A stretch of DNA of 32,000 bases from Methanothermobacter thermautotrophicus str. Delta H (GTDB lineage Archaea > Methanobacteriota > Methanobacteria > Methanobacteriales > Methanothermobacteraceae), in NCBI RefSeq assembly GCF_000008645.1, contig NC_000916.1, positions 1,080,001 through 1,112,000 of the forward strand, in the 5' to 3' direction. The position numbers and the translations under genes were made by a program. Under the pieces are notes generated by a model that did not search any database, was not told the DNA's origin, and was given only the letters and a program-made list of their open reading frames with translations. This document shows, one piece after another, positions 7,452-16,637 of the stretch (position 1 is its first letter; every line of letters starts with the position of its first letter).

Positions 7452-8152
7452 AGATGAAGGAACTCAGGATCATAGGAACCGCGCATGTATCAAGTGAAAG
7501 TATAGATGAGGTCAGAAGGACCATCCTTGAGATGGAACCAGACGTCGTTGCAGTTGAACTGGACCCTGAGAGATACCGCAGACTCATGGATGAAAAACTC
7601 GGGGTTCAGAGGGATGAACCATCCCTTCGGGAAGCTCTGCGCCATGGTAACATTGGAGTGATCCTTGCGGGCTGGTTTTTAACCTACTTCCAGCGGAAGG
7701 TTGGTGAGGACCTGGGCGTACAACCAGGCTCAGAGATGCTGGCAGCCATAGAGGCCGCCCATGAGGTGGGGGCGGGCCTTGCACTCATCGACCGTGACAT
7801 CGGACTGACCATGCAGAGGTCCATTAAATCCATGGGGAGGATGGAAAAACTCAGGTTCTTCGCAGGGATAATAAGATCATTCCTCTGGAAGGATGACCCG
7901 AAGGACATCGAGGACCTCAAAAGTGATGACACCCTCCTTGAGGTTATGGAGGAGTTCAGGAAGATCTCCCCGGCAGCCTACCGCGTCCTCGTTGAGGAGA
8001 GGGATGCCTTCATGGCCCACAGACTGCTCTCAATCGAGGAGGACAGGGTGGTGGCTGTTGTGGGCGCGGGTCACCGCAGGGGTATAGAGGAGTACCTCCA
8101 GAACCCCCAGGAACTACCACCCCTCGATGAACTCATGAAGATACCCCGCTGA
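7448..8152 (+). CDS. TraB/PrgY-family protein
   Basis: N-terminal LRIIGTAHVSSESIDEVRRTI..PDVVAVELD and C-terminal VVGAGHRRGI are typical of the family. The TTG at 7448 has GGAGG 5 nt upstream and overlaps the comB stop. An alternative ATG lies at 7454. Confidence 0.7.
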   Translation: MKMKELRIIGTAHVSSESIDEVRRTILEMEPDVVAVELDPERYRRLMDEKLGVQRDEPSLREALRHGNIGVILAGWFLTYFQRKVGEDLGVQPGSEMLAAIEAAHEVGAGLALIDRDIGLTMQRSIKSMGRMEKLRFFAGIIRSFLWKDDPKDIEDLKSDDTLLEVMEEFRKISPAAYRVLVEERDAFMAHRLLSIEEDRVVAVVGAGHRRGIEEYLQNPQELPPLDELMKIPR

Positions 8153-8196
8153 CATATACTCAAATGCACAGTAGAGGATCATGGCTGAAGGAAAAA

Positions 8197-8212
8197 ATCA
8201 TTAATTAATGAT
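8197..8212. promoter_or_regulatory. Perfect 16-bp palindrome ATCATTAATTAATGAT in the promoter region of the 8251 operon
   Basis: Symmetry checked by hand. A third half-site GGATCAT (8176-8182) is inverted relative to ATGATCC (8208-8214). Confidence 0.5.
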
Positions 8213-8250
8213 CCCCCATAAATGTAAACAAGAAGCTGCAGTGTGATAGG

Positions 8251-8466
8251 ATGTACATAATATTCAGATGCGACTGTGGAAGGGCCCTCTACTCAAGGGA
8301 GGGTGCGAAGACCCGGAAATGCGTCTGTGGGAGAACCGTGAATGTCAAAGATAGGCGCATATTTGGAAGGGCCGATGACTTCGAGGAAGCATCAGAACTG
8401 GTAAGAAAACTGCAGGAAGAGAAATATGGCTCCTGCCATTTCACAAATCCATCAAAAAGGGAATAG
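8251..8466 (+). CDS. Small zinc-ribbon protein (DUF1922-like)
   Basis: 71 aa. CDCG...CVCG four-Cys ribbon at the N-terminus with an acidic helical tail. GTGAT SD upstream. Position matches my memory of MTH1184. Confidence 0.55.
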   Translation: MYIIFRCDCGRALYSREGAKTRKCVCGRTVNVKDRRIFGRADDFEEASELVRKLQEEKYGSCHFTNPSKRE

Positions 8467-8476
8467 ATTCAGAGAT

Positions 8477-10066
8477 ATGATAGAAGACCTCAGATCATTC
8501 ACATCCCCTGGCGAGAGAAGGAACATAGAATTCAAGAAGGCCCTCTCAGCCAGGTATCACCTGAAGATGGACCGTAAGAAGGGCCTCATATCCCAGATGA
8601 AGTACCGTATGGAACGGGGTGACGGTAGGGCAGTGTACCTGCTGGGTGTGGAGGACAGCGGTGAACCGGTTGGCCTCCCTGCTGATAAACTGGATGAGTC
8701 AGTTGAGGTCCTCAGAACCCTCAGCAGTGAGATAGGTGCTGTTGTGGAGGAGGTTAACCTCCATGAGGGTACAGAGGGTATGGTGGCGGAGGTCATAATC
8801 TCAAGGAAGACGAAGACAGCGAGGGAGCACCTCCTCGTGGGGGTCGCCGGCCACGTGGACCACGGTAAGAGCACACTCCTCGGGACCCTCACAACAGGCA
8901 CCCCTGATGATGGGAGCGGTAAGACGAGGATATTCCTTGATGTCCAGAAGCATGAAATAGAGAGGGGTCTATCGGCTGATCTGTCCTTTGCAATCTACGG
9001 CTTCAGGGACGGCAGGCCTATGAGGCTCAAAAACCCCCTTGACAGGAAGGAGAAATCACGTCTCATGGACGAGGCTGACAGGGTCATATCCTTCGTTGAC
9101 ACCGTCGGCCATGAACCCTGGCTTCGAACAACCATAAGGGGGATTGTGGGTCAGAAACTCGACTACGGACTCCTCACAGTGGCAGCCGATGAGGGGCCTA
9201 CACACATAACAAGGGAGCACCTCGGTATAATGATCGCAATGGAGCTCCCGGTGATCGTGGTCCTCACAAAGTGTGATATGGCAGCCGATGAGAACAGGAG
9301 GGGTGTGAGGGAGAAGATATCCGAACTGCTTAAACTGGTTGGCAGGATCCCCTTCCATGTTAAGAGCCTGGACGCTGCAGCCGGGATAGCAGGTAAGATG
9401 AACCAGCACATAGTCCCCATAATCGAGACCTCCTCGGTTACAGGGGAGGGCCTTGAAATCCTCGATGAGCTCTTCCTCAACCTCAGGGTCCGGCGCGATG
9501 TTAACGGGGATGAAGAACCATTCCTCATGTACATAGACAAGATATATTCCATCAGGGGTGTTGGTACCGTTGTCAGCGGGACAATTCAGCAGGGACTTGT
9601 CAGGAAGGGTGACACCCTCCTCCTGGGGCCCCTCAAGACCGGTAAATTCAGGGAGGTCACCGTCAAATCAATAGAGATGCACCACTACAGGATAGGCTGT
9701 GCAGAACCAGGCCACATCGTCGGCATATCCATATCCGGGGCCTCGCCGGATGAGATAGAGAGGGGTATGATACTGGCACACCCTGACTATGATCCCGAAG
9801 CTGTGAGGGAATTCGAGGCAGAGGTTGCCATACTGGTGCATCCAACAACCATAAAGGCGGGCTATGAGAGTGTGACCCACATTGAAACCATAGCCGAGAC
9901 AACCGTTCTTGAACCCCTTGACTCTGATTTCATGTCTGCAGGTGACAGGGGCAGGGTGAGGATGAGGTTCAAGTACAGGCCCCACCATGTGAGGGAGGGT
10001 CAGAAGATAATCTTCCGTGAGGGAAGGAGCAAGGGCATAGGTTCGGTGACAAGGATCCTGGGATAA
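8477..10066 (+). CDS. GTPBP1-like translational-type GTPase (EF-1alpha-related)
   Basis: G1 [10 protein letters not shown]3 DTVGHE, G4 TKCD, followed by EF-Tu-like beta-barrel domains. ATG 8477 is chosen because ORF start 8426 overlaps the preceding gene. Confidence 0.8.
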   Translation: MIEDLRSFTSPGERRNIEFKKALSARYHLKMDRKKGLISQMKYRMERGDGRAVYLLGVEDSGEPVGLPADKLDESVEVLRTLSSEIGAVVEEVNLHEGTEGMVAEVIISRKTKTAREHLLVGVAGHVDHGKSTLLGTLTTGTPDDGSGKTRIFLDVQKHEIERGLSADLSFAIYGFRDGRPMRLKNPLDRKEKSRLMDEADRVISFVDTVGHEPWLRTTIRGIVGQKLDYGLLTVAADEGPTHITREHLGIMIAMELPVIVVLTKCDMAADENRRGVREKISELLKLVGRIPFHVKSLDAAAGIAGKMNQHIVPIIETSSVTGEGLEILDELFLNLRVRRDVNGDEEPFLMYIDKIYSIRGVGTVVSGTIQQGLVRKGDTLLLGPLKTGKFREVTVKSIEMHHYRIGCAEPGHIVGISISGASPDEIERGMILAHPDYDPEAVREFEAEVAILVHPTTIKAGYESVTHIETIAETTVLEPLDSDFMSAGDRGRVRMRFKYRPHHVREGQKIIFREGRSKGIGSVTRILG

Positions 10067-10142
10067 CCCCCACGCGACACAGCAGAGTACCACACTGATA
10101 GAATAAATCAGAAAACACGCGGCACAATAACATGCGCTTTAA

Positions 10143-10979
10143 TCAGCTTTTTATGAGTTCCAGGAACTCGCAGGCCTTACACTTATCCCCTGATGAAGGT
10201 TCCCCGCACCTCAGGCACTCCCTGAGGCCCTCGGTTTCACTGAGGGGCAGGAAGGTCCTGCTGAGTGATTCCATCACCCTTAACTTTACACCCTGTTTTT
10301 CTGATTCAAGATGGTTGAGGAAGTCCCTTATCCTTGACCTCATGGAGAGGTCAGAGTAGGGACAGGAGTCAAGGTGGACCTTCACATCATTGAGAACAGC
10401 CCACAGCCTCACCTCACTCTCAGGCGTGCTCCAGAGGGGTTTTATGCGCGGCACCATTGCCGGGTGTATCCTCTGAAGTTCTGGACCGAATTTTGAGAAT
10501 TTCCGCACATCACCCCTTGCGAGGCTCATGATGAAGGACTGGATCTCATCATCCATGTTGTGGCCCGTTGCAATCTTTGAGGCACCTATCTCACGTGCCG
10601 TCCTGTTGAGTATCCATCGCCTGAAGACACCGCAGGGTATGCAGGGGCTGCTGAATCTATCAGTGACACTGTCCAGTTCAAAATTGAATTCGTCCCTGAA
10701 TGACCTCTCTATGAGTTCAACTCCAAGGAGTTCTGCGTTCTCCCTTGCCACCATAACACCCTCACTTCGGTAGCCCCCTATCCCCTCGTCGACGGTTATG
10801 GCTGTGAGCTCAAAATCAAGGTCACTCCTGAGATCTGAGAGGGCGTGCAGTGTCAGTACACTGTCCTTTCCGCCTGAGAGTGCTACTGCAATATGTTCAC
10901 CGGGTTTTATGAGTTCATGACCCTCTATAAGTCCCCTGATCCTTCCCATGATTCTGTGATTGAATTCCTGAACATCCAT
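10143..10979 (-). CDS. PP-loop ATPase of the TtuA/Ncs6 (tRNA 2-thiolation) family
   Basis: PP-loop SGGKDS. Candidate Fe-S ligands CIPCG and SCPYS. C-terminal zinc ribbon CLRCG...CKAC. Confidence 0.7.
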   Translation of the reverse strand: MDVQEFNHRIMGRIRGLIEGHELIKPGEHIAVALSGGKDSVLTLHALSDLRSDLDFELTAITVDEGIGGYRSEGVMVARENAELLGVELIERSFRDEFNFELDSVTDRFSSPCIPCGVFRRWILNRTAREIGASKIATGHNMDDEIQSFIMSLARGDVRKFSKFGPELQRIHPAMVPRIKPLWSTPESEVRLWAVLNDVKVHLDSCPYSDLSMRSRIRDFLNHLESEKQGVKLRVMESLSRTFLPLSETEGLRECLRCGEPSSGDKCKACEFLELIKS

Positions 10980-10986
10980 GAAACCC

Positions 10987-11016
10987 TATATATAAATGGG
11001 GGGACATATAATTAAT
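10987..11016. promoter_or_regulatory. Two TATA-like boxes (tatatataaa 10987-10996; ttaattatat on the minus strand at 11007-11016) within a 38-bp divergent intergenic region
   Basis: Each box is ~26-31 nt from the ATG on the far side (11018 and 10979). Neither gene has a convincing SD. Confidence 0.4.
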
Positions 11017-11017
11017 C

Positions 11018-11317
11018 ATGATTACCGCAGAACTCACCGTGATACCCCTGGGTACATGCAGCACCTCCCTCAGCAGCTATGTGGCAGCTGCCGTCGAAGC
11101 CCTCAAGAAGCTGAATGTGAGGTATGAGATCTCAGGAATGGGGACACTGCTTGAGGCTGAAGACCTTGATGAACTCATGGAGGCTGTCAAGGCCGCACAT
11201 GAGGCAGTCCTCCAGGCGGGTTCAGATAGGGTCTACACAACCCTCAAGATCGATGATAGAAGGGATGCCGACAGGGGTTTAAGGGATAAGGTTGAATCTG
11301 TGAAGGAAAAGATTTAG
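11018..11317 (+). CDS. MTH1187/YkoF-like (UPF0045) small ferredoxin-fold protein
   Basis: 99 aa. The start MITAELTVIPLGT...S.YVA..... and overall pattern are typical of this family. Matches my memory of MTH1187. Confidence 0.7.
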   Translation: MITAELTVIPLGTCSTSLSSYVAAAVEALKKLNVRYEISGMGTLLEAEDLDELMEAVKAAHEAVLQAGSDRVYTTLKIDDRRDADRGLRDKVESVKEKI

Positions 11318-11337
11318 GGCCCCGGACATATCACAGG

Positions 11338-11343
11338 TTTTTT
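11338..11343 (+). terminator. Oligo-T tract (T6) 21 nt after the 11317 stop
   Basis: Archaeal termination commonly uses T-runs. Seen directly in the sequence. Confidence 0.4.
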
Positions 11344-11482
11344 ATATAAGGCCCATAAGATTGTGCCAGCATTGCTCCATCAACATGATGCCCTTTCAGA
11401 GGTATCCAGCGCCCTAATCTGAGAACGGGAATTTCCTGGAAGCAAATCTTACCCATTCCAGGAGCTGATACTGACCTTGAAT

Positions 11483-11500
11483 AAAAAATTTTTGTGTTTT
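11483..11500. terminator. A6T5...T4 tract, a possible bidirectional oligo-T terminator
   Basis: aaaaaatttttgtgtttt reads as T-runs on both strands. It lies ~55 nt downstream of the minus-strand degT-type gene. Confidence 0.35.
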
Positions 11501-11554
11501 ACTCAATCCAGCCCACAGCGGCATGAAGGAATTAAAGTAACTCAGGGCCACGGT

Positions 11555-12637
11555 TTACTCAAAAAATTCCCTGACCGTGCCTGCGACCCTCTCAAGCTCC
11601 TCACCGGTTAGGGCAGGGTGTACCGGTATTGAGAGGACCTCCGCTGCAGCCGCCTCACTCACCGGGCATCTGGCATCAAAGCCCAGTCTCTGGTACAGTT
11701 CCTGCCTGTAGATTGGTCTGGGATAGTGGATGCCTGTACCCACACCCCTCTCATTGAGGAAGCCCATGAGTTCATCCCTTGAGCCTGGAACCCGCAGGGT
11801 GTACTGGTGAAAGACGTGCCTGACCCCAGCTGCAATGTGGGGTGTTGATACTCCCTCAAGGTCCCCCAGCTGGGATGTGAGGTAAGCTGCATTTTCAATT
11901 CGCCTGCTGTTGAACTCCTCGAGTTTTCCGAGCTGGGCTATCCCGATGGCGGCTGAGATGTCAGTCATGCGGAAGTTGTATCCCAGGTATGTGTGCCTGT
12001 AGCGTTCTGTCTCCCCATGGGCCCTGAGTATACGTGCCATCTCAGCTATCTCATCGTCATCAGTTGTTATGATTCCGCCCTCACCTGTTGTGATGTTCTT
12101 TGTGGGGTAGAAGCTGAAACAGGCGGCATCGCCCATGGAACCGACTTTCCTTCCATGATACTCTGCTCCGTGGGCCTGTGCAGCATCCTCAATGACCAGG
12201 ATGTCATGGTCAGCTGCAAGGTCCATTATGGGGTCCATGTCTGCGGGCTGGCCATAGAGGTGGACCGGTATTATCGCCCTTGTGCTGGGTGTTATGAGTT
12301 CCTCTATCCTCTCAGGATCTATATTATATGTCAGGGGGTCTATATCTGCGAATACTGGTGTGGCTCCGACGTAGAGGGCTGCGTTTGCTGTTGCAGCGAA
12401 ACTGAAGGGGGTTGTTATTACCTCATCCCCCTTTCCAACTCCAGCGGCGAGGAGGGCCAGATGAAGGGCTGTTGTCCCTGAACTCGTTGCAACTGCATGC
12501 TCTGTTCCCACATAGGCCGCAAATTTCTCCTCGAATTCAGCCACCCTGGGTCCCTGCGCGATAAAACCCGATTTAAGTACCTTTATGACTTCCTGAATTT
12601 CCTCTTCATCGATTATTGGAGTAGCAACCGGTATCAT
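11555..12637 (-). CDS. DegT/DnrJ/EryC1/StrS-family PLP-dependent sugar aminotransferase
   Basis: Family-typical blocks [18 protein letters not shown], and [15 protein letters not shown] containing the PLP lysine. Confidence 0.85.
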   Translation of the reverse strand: MIPVATPIIDEEEIQEVIKVLKSGFIAQGPRVAEFEEKFAAYVGTEHAVATSSGTTALHLALLAAGVGKGDEVITTPFSFAATANAALYVGATPVFADIDPLTYNIDPERIEELITPSTRAIIPVHLYGQPADMDPIMDLAADHDILVIEDAAQAHGAEYHGRKVGSMGDAACFSFYPTKNITTGEGGIITTDDDEIAEMARILRAHGETERYRHTYLGYNFRMTDISAAIGIAQLGKLEEFNSRRIENAAYLTSQLGDLEGVSTPHIAAGVRHVFHQYTLRVPGSRDELMGFLNERGVGTGIHYPRPIYRQELYQRLGFDARCPVSEAAAAEVLSIPVHPALTGEELERVAGTVREFFE

Positions 12638-12795
12638 TTGAACACCCGAATGAAAGTTAACTGGTTTAACTATATCGTGCTGGCACTTAAAAATTGATGC
12701 CCGTCCCCCCGTGCAGAAAAATCAATAAACTTGAGGTGGGAGAGATGCCGGCCTTTAATGTTCCATGAAGGGATGTTGCCGGCTTTAACAGTGAA

Positions 12796-13686
12796 TCACC
12801 GGAATATCCTGCCTAAATCCTGGTATCGGCCCCTGAAGAGTATTAGGACAAGGATTGCTGAAGCCAGGAGGAGGGTCAGGGGAGCTGTGTAGGGATCTGA
12901 TGGGCTCACCATGAGGGATGGGAGGTTCCCCAGACCGGCGTCAGGGGAGCTGTGTATGACGCTCACATAGAGATTGTTTGCAATGTGGACACCCATGGCC
13001 ATCTCCACACCATCATCTGCCAGCGTCACCAGTGCAAGCACAAGTCCTATGATGAAGGTGCTGACAGTTATTGAAAGGCTCATGCTAAGTGTCGCGCCGT
13101 TCCACCAGTGAAGGACCGAGAATATCGCTGAATTGATGATTATGAGCGGCACCGGCCTCTTTATGACAGACCAGATACCCTGCATCAGGTAGCCCCTGAA
13201 GAATATCTCCTCAAAGGATGCCTGGACCGGGAAGGCCAGTATGGAGAGGATTAGCAGCCACCAGAACCCTGAACCAAAATTGAATCTGACCCCTGATGGG
13301 TCAGCAAGGACCGATACCAGATCAAGCACACCAACTATGAGGAACCATGTGCCCGCGCCCCTCAGGATCCTCCGCCAGTCAAGGTATCCCCTCGAATTAA
13401 CTGCAGATATGAAATCCCTCTGGTGAATGAACTTCAGTCCAACATAGAGGAAGAACATTGAAGCTGAAAACCCTATGGCCACCATTATGAGGAGGGTGGG
13501 GCCGCTGAAGGATGACAGGTCCCCCAGCGCCCCCACACCACCCTTAAGTAGCAGGACGGCTGCGATGATGACACCCAGTATGAGGCCGGCTCCAACATTG
13601 GATGCCACGAAGCTCATAAATACTGTCATCACATATCTCCATGCATCATTCCTTCCCAGGTATACGTTGTTCAGAAAATCCTCCAT
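12796..13686 (-). CDS. CPBP-family intramembrane glutamic endopeptidase (CAAX protease-like)
   Basis: Polytopic membrane protein with the motifs EEIFFRGYL and FSVLHW. Confidence 0.75.
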   Translation of the reverse strand: MEDFLNNVYLGRNDAWRYVMTVFMSFVASNVGAGLILGVIIAAVLLLKGGVGALGDLSSFSGPTLLIMVAIGFSASMFFLYVGLKFIHQRDFISAVNSRGYLDWRRILRGAGTWFLIVGVLDLVSVLADPSGVRFNFGSGFWWLLILSILAFPVQASFEEIFFRGYLMQGIWSVIKRPVPLIIINSAIFSVLHWWNGATLSMSLSITVSTFIIGLVLALVTLADDGVEMAMGVHIANNLYVSVIHSSPDAGLGNLPSLMVSPSDPYTAPLTLLLASAILVLILFRGRYQDLGRIFR

Positions 13687-13803
13687 CCATCACCAGCTCC
13701 GATACTTACCTGATGACCATGAGTTTTTTTTAATAAATTACCGGTCATGTATCACACTAATCATCCGGCATTAATAAATATTTTGAAGTGGGAGTGTTGA
13801 ATT

Positions 13804-14946
13804 ATGATAACGGTAAATGAGGGTTCAGTCACCATAAGGGTCCCTGATTTCAGTAAGGTCTCGGCCAGGGCACCTGTATTCTACAACCCTGCCATGGAGT
13901 TCAACAGGGATGTGTCAGTGGTCGCGCTCCAGGTTTTCCAGAGACTCCTCGGTGGGGAGATTAGCGTTGCAGACACCTTCTCAGGAAGCGGTATAAGGGC
14001 CATAAGGTATCTGGTTGAGGTTGAAGGAGTCTCTGAGGCCTTTGCAAATGACATAAACCCGCTTGCAGTTGAATGCATAAAAAATAACTCAGTGATAAAC
14101 TCGGTGTCCCCTGAGGTCAGCAGAGAGGACGCCAGCATCTTCCTCAGGAGTAACCATGGCCGCTTTGATGTTATAGACATCGACCCCTTCGGGACCCCTG
14201 CACCCTTCATGGACTCTGCGGCGGCTTCTGCAAGGAACAATTCACTCCTTGCTGTTACAGCCACCGACACCTCAAGCCTCTGCGGCACCTACATAAAGCC
14301 CTGTCTGAGGAAGTACTCCTCAAGGCCCCTTAAAACAGAGTACTGCCATGAGACGGGACTGAGGATACTCGCAGGCTTCACAGCCATGAACCTTGCAAGG
14401 TACAGGAAGGCGGCCTCGGTACTCCTCTCCCACAGCAGCCAGCACTACATGAGGCTATACATCCGCGTGAGGAGGGGTGCAAGAAGGGCCGATGAATCCA
14501 TCAGGAATATCGGATTCATGCTTCACTGCTTCAGATGCCTTCACCATGAACACGTGAATGGATTTGCGCCCCTGAAACGTGAGTGCCCCCACTGCGGTGC
14601 CGAAATGGATGTGGCCGGCCCCCTCTGGGTCGGTGATATCCAGGACAGTAAATTCATCGGTGAGATGATAGGGGAGGTTGAGAACAAGGAACTCAACACG
14701 GCCGGAGATGTCCTTAAACTTCTGAAGGGATGTCTTGATGAAGCAGGGATGCCCCCTGGATTCTATGATATCCATGAGGTCTGCAGTAAGCTTGGAAGGA
14801 GTGCACCACCTCTGAGGGATGTTATGGATGGTCTTGAGGCGGCCGGTTTCAGGGTTTCAAGGACCCATATAAGGCCGACGGGTATAAGGACCGACGCCGG
14901 TATAGGGGAGATTGAGGAGGTCCTGGCAGGACTCATGCCGGAATAG
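13804..14946 (+). CDS. trm1: tRNA (guanine26-N2)-dimethyltransferase
   Basis: FYNPAMEFNRDVSV, DIDPFGTP, and a Cys4 insertion (CFRC...CPHCG) are typical of archaeal Trm1. Confidence 0.85.
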   Translation: MITVNEGSVTIRVPDFSKVSARAPVFYNPAMEFNRDVSVVALQVFQRLLGGEISVADTFSGSGIRAIRYLVEVEGVSEAFANDINPLAVECIKNNSVINSVSPEVSREDASIFLRSNHGRFDVIDIDPFGTPAPFMDSAAASARNNSLLAVTATDTSSLCGTYIKPCLRKYSSRPLKTEYCHETGLRILAGFTAMNLARYRKAASVLLSHSSQHYMRLYIRVRRGARRADESIRNIGFMLHCFRCLHHEHVNGFAPLKRECPHCGAEMDVAGPLWVGDIQDSKFIGEMIGEVENKELNTAGDVLKLLKGCLDEAGMPPGFYDIHEVCSKLGRSAPPLRDVMDGLEAAGFRVSRTHIRPTGIRTDAGIGEIEEVLAGLMPE

Positions 14947-14987
14947 AAGTTGGGGGAGTTGAAGCAGTACTCACCCCCGGCTCTCGA

Positions 14988-15674
14988 TCATTCATAGTTG
15001 AGCATGTTATGGGTGTAGTAATACTGCAGTGACCTTGCATTCCTGATCTCAAAGTTCCTGTAGGGGTTGTTGAGGTAGGGAAAGATCATTCCCTTCAAGC
15101 AGTAGAGGTATGCTCCAATGGGGCCATACTCATTCCTGGCAATTTTATAGTAGAGGGGGAATCCACAGCCCTGGTTTATGAATATCTCACCCTGCCTGAC
15201 CGTGCCGTGGTATACGAGGGGTATGGGCCCCTCCTGACCGTGCTCAGCCGCCCTCTCCTTTATGTATGCAAGGGCCTCGTCCAGTGTTCCGAATTCCCTT
15301 CCATCTGAACGGTAGGTCCACTTATCGTCAGGTATGCCGTATATTCCCTCCTGCCATACCTCTGTCCAGTTTATGCCCGGCGTGTACTGCTTCTTTTCAA
15401 CGTAGGCGAGTTCAAGGATGTAAACGTCGCCCTCCATGTAGCAGCGGTAATTGGAGCTTCCGCCGTAATGGACCACCAGAATGCACTTCGATCCCCTTTC
15501 ACGGGCATAGTCTGCCAGTAGTTTTGAGTGTATATGACCTGGGTACATATCTGGATTTGCAATTTTAACAAATGCAAGCCTTCCCAGGGGCTCAAAGTCC
15601 CCCTGTGTCCCTGTAAAGTAAAGGTAACCCCCTCCGATTACCAGTAAAGCTATGATGAGTATCCCCTTCTTCAT
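14988..15674 (-). CDS. Hypothetical protein with an N-terminal signal/anchor helix and a Tyr-rich extracytoplasmic domain
   Basis: MKKGILIIALLVIGGGYLYF hydrophobic start. No family recognised by eye. Confidence 0.5.
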   Translation of the reverse strand: MKKGILIIALLVIGGGYLYFTGTQGDFEPLGRLAFVKIANPDMYPGHIHSKLLADYARERGSKCILVVHYGGSSNYRCYMEGDVYILELAYVEKKQYTPGINWTEVWQEGIYGIPDDKWTYRSDGREFGTLDEALAYIKERAAEHGQEGPIPLVYHGTVRQGEIFINQGCGFPLYYKIARNEYGPIGAYLYCLKGMIFPYLNNPYRNFEIRNARSLQYYYTHNMLNYE

Positions 15675-15801
15675 CAGTTCACCTGCTCGAGATATTATTA
15701 ACTTTGTAGCGATTTATATCTTTCTCTAAACAGATTAGGCAGTTTTATATGTGACTATTTATATAGTTTTACCTGCGGGAATCCGCGGAGGTGTGAAAGA
15801 T

Positions 15802-16479
15802 ATGGATATAGGTGAAATTGTAAATGATGCCATAAGGTACCCCTCCAGTGACTGGAAGAAGGTCATAATACTGGGTGTCCTTATAATAGCCAGTATTCTA
15901 ATTCTACCCGTCTTCCTGGTCATGGGGTACGGTTTCAGGGCGCTGAAGGCCTCAATAGCTGGCTTCGATGAACTGCCTGAATTCGATGAATGGGGAGAAA
16001 TGTTCGTCGATGGGCTCAAGGTATTCGTTGTTCAGATAGCATACATGATAGTTCCACTGATAATTATATTCGCAGGTGTTCTTGGTTCCTTTACTATGGT
16101 TTCACCAGACACAGGTGTTATCACAAACCCCACAGCATTCACAGGCCTCGTAGGAGGTACAACGATAATAGGCATAATACTCGCAATTATCCTTGGACTC
16201 ATAGAGACAATAGCCATCGCACACATGGCCTACAATGACAGCGAACTCGGTGCAGCCTTCAGGTTCAGTGAGATACTTGACGTGATATCCCAGATCGGAT
16301 GGCTGGACTACATAATCTGGTACATCGTTGTGGGTCTGATCTCAGCGGTGATGGCATTCATTGCAAGTTTCCTGAATGTGATACCGGTTCTGGGTACCCT
16401 GATCGCGGTCCTCATAATATACCCCTACATCCAGCTCTTCTGGAACAGGGCCCTTGCACTCAGATACGCCTACGAATAA
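15802..16479 (+). CDS. DUF4013-like polytopic membrane protein
   Basis: The MDIGEIVNDAIRYPSSDWKK start followed by several TM segments is typical of DUF4013. ATG 15802 with GGAGGTG SD is preferred over GTG 15751. Confidence 0.6.
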   Translation: MDIGEIVNDAIRYPSSDWKKVIILGVLIIASILILPVFLVMGYGFRALKASIAGFDELPEFDEWGEMFVDGLKVFVVQIAYMIVPLIIIFAGVLGSFTMVSPDTGVITNPTAFTGLVGGTTIIGIILAIILGLIETIAIAHMAYNDSELGAAFRFSEILDVISQIGWLDYIIWYIVVGLISAVMAFIASFLNVIPVLGTLIAVLIIYPYIQLFWNRALALRYAYE

Positions 16480-16491
16480 TAATTACCCTCC

Positions 16492-16502
16492 TTTTTTATT
16501 TT
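16492..16502 (+). terminator. Oligo-T tract (T6 A T4) 13 nt after the 16479 stop
   Basis: ccttttttattttccc read directly. Confidence 0.5.
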
Positions 16503-16590
16503 CCCATCTTCAGATAAACATTTATAAGGGAACATCCCCTATCTTATAAAAGTTGATGACTTCTTCTAAACTTATATTCACTTAAAAAAC

Positions 16591-16600
16591 TTTATAATAT
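16591..16600 (+). promoter_or_regulatory. Candidate TATA box tttataatat for the Lrp-family gene
   Basis: About 40 nt upstream of the ATG at 16638, with an A-rich BRE-like flank (aaaaaac). It is one of four TATA-like elements between 16521 and 16600. Confidence 0.4.
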
Positions 16601-16637
16601 AACTTTCATAGGCATACATTGTTTAGTGGTGATTTGT

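Noticed and set aside
11384-11476. ATGATGC ... CTGA ... CTGA arrangement, considered as a C/D-box sRNA.
   Set aside because: The box spacing is far from the ~12-nt guide length (27 nt to the first CTGA; ~85 nt overall). No C' box is present.
11414-11524. A 36-codon minus-strand ORF (MPLWAGLSKTQKFF...) 30 nt downstream of the degT-type gene.
   Set aside because: It has no SD, and it contains the A6T5/T-run tract that probably terminates transcription.
12744-12789. Direct repeats TGCCGGCCTTTAA (12746-12758) and TGCCGGCTTTAA (12777-12788), 31 nt apart. A 7-codon mini-ORF lies behind a GAGGTGGG.
   Set aside because: They are probably the two arms of a GC-rich (GCCGGC) stem. Together with the downstream T-run on the minus strand, this would form the terminator of the CPBP gene. 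The mini-ORF is too short to support.
16622-16635. A 14-nt identity, TTTAGTGGTGATTT, shared by the regions just upstream of the Lrp-family ATG (16622-16635) and the purM ATG (27143-27156).
   Set aside because: It is centred on the common GGTGAT SD. A 14-mer match between two sites in 32 kb is not far from chance expectation.
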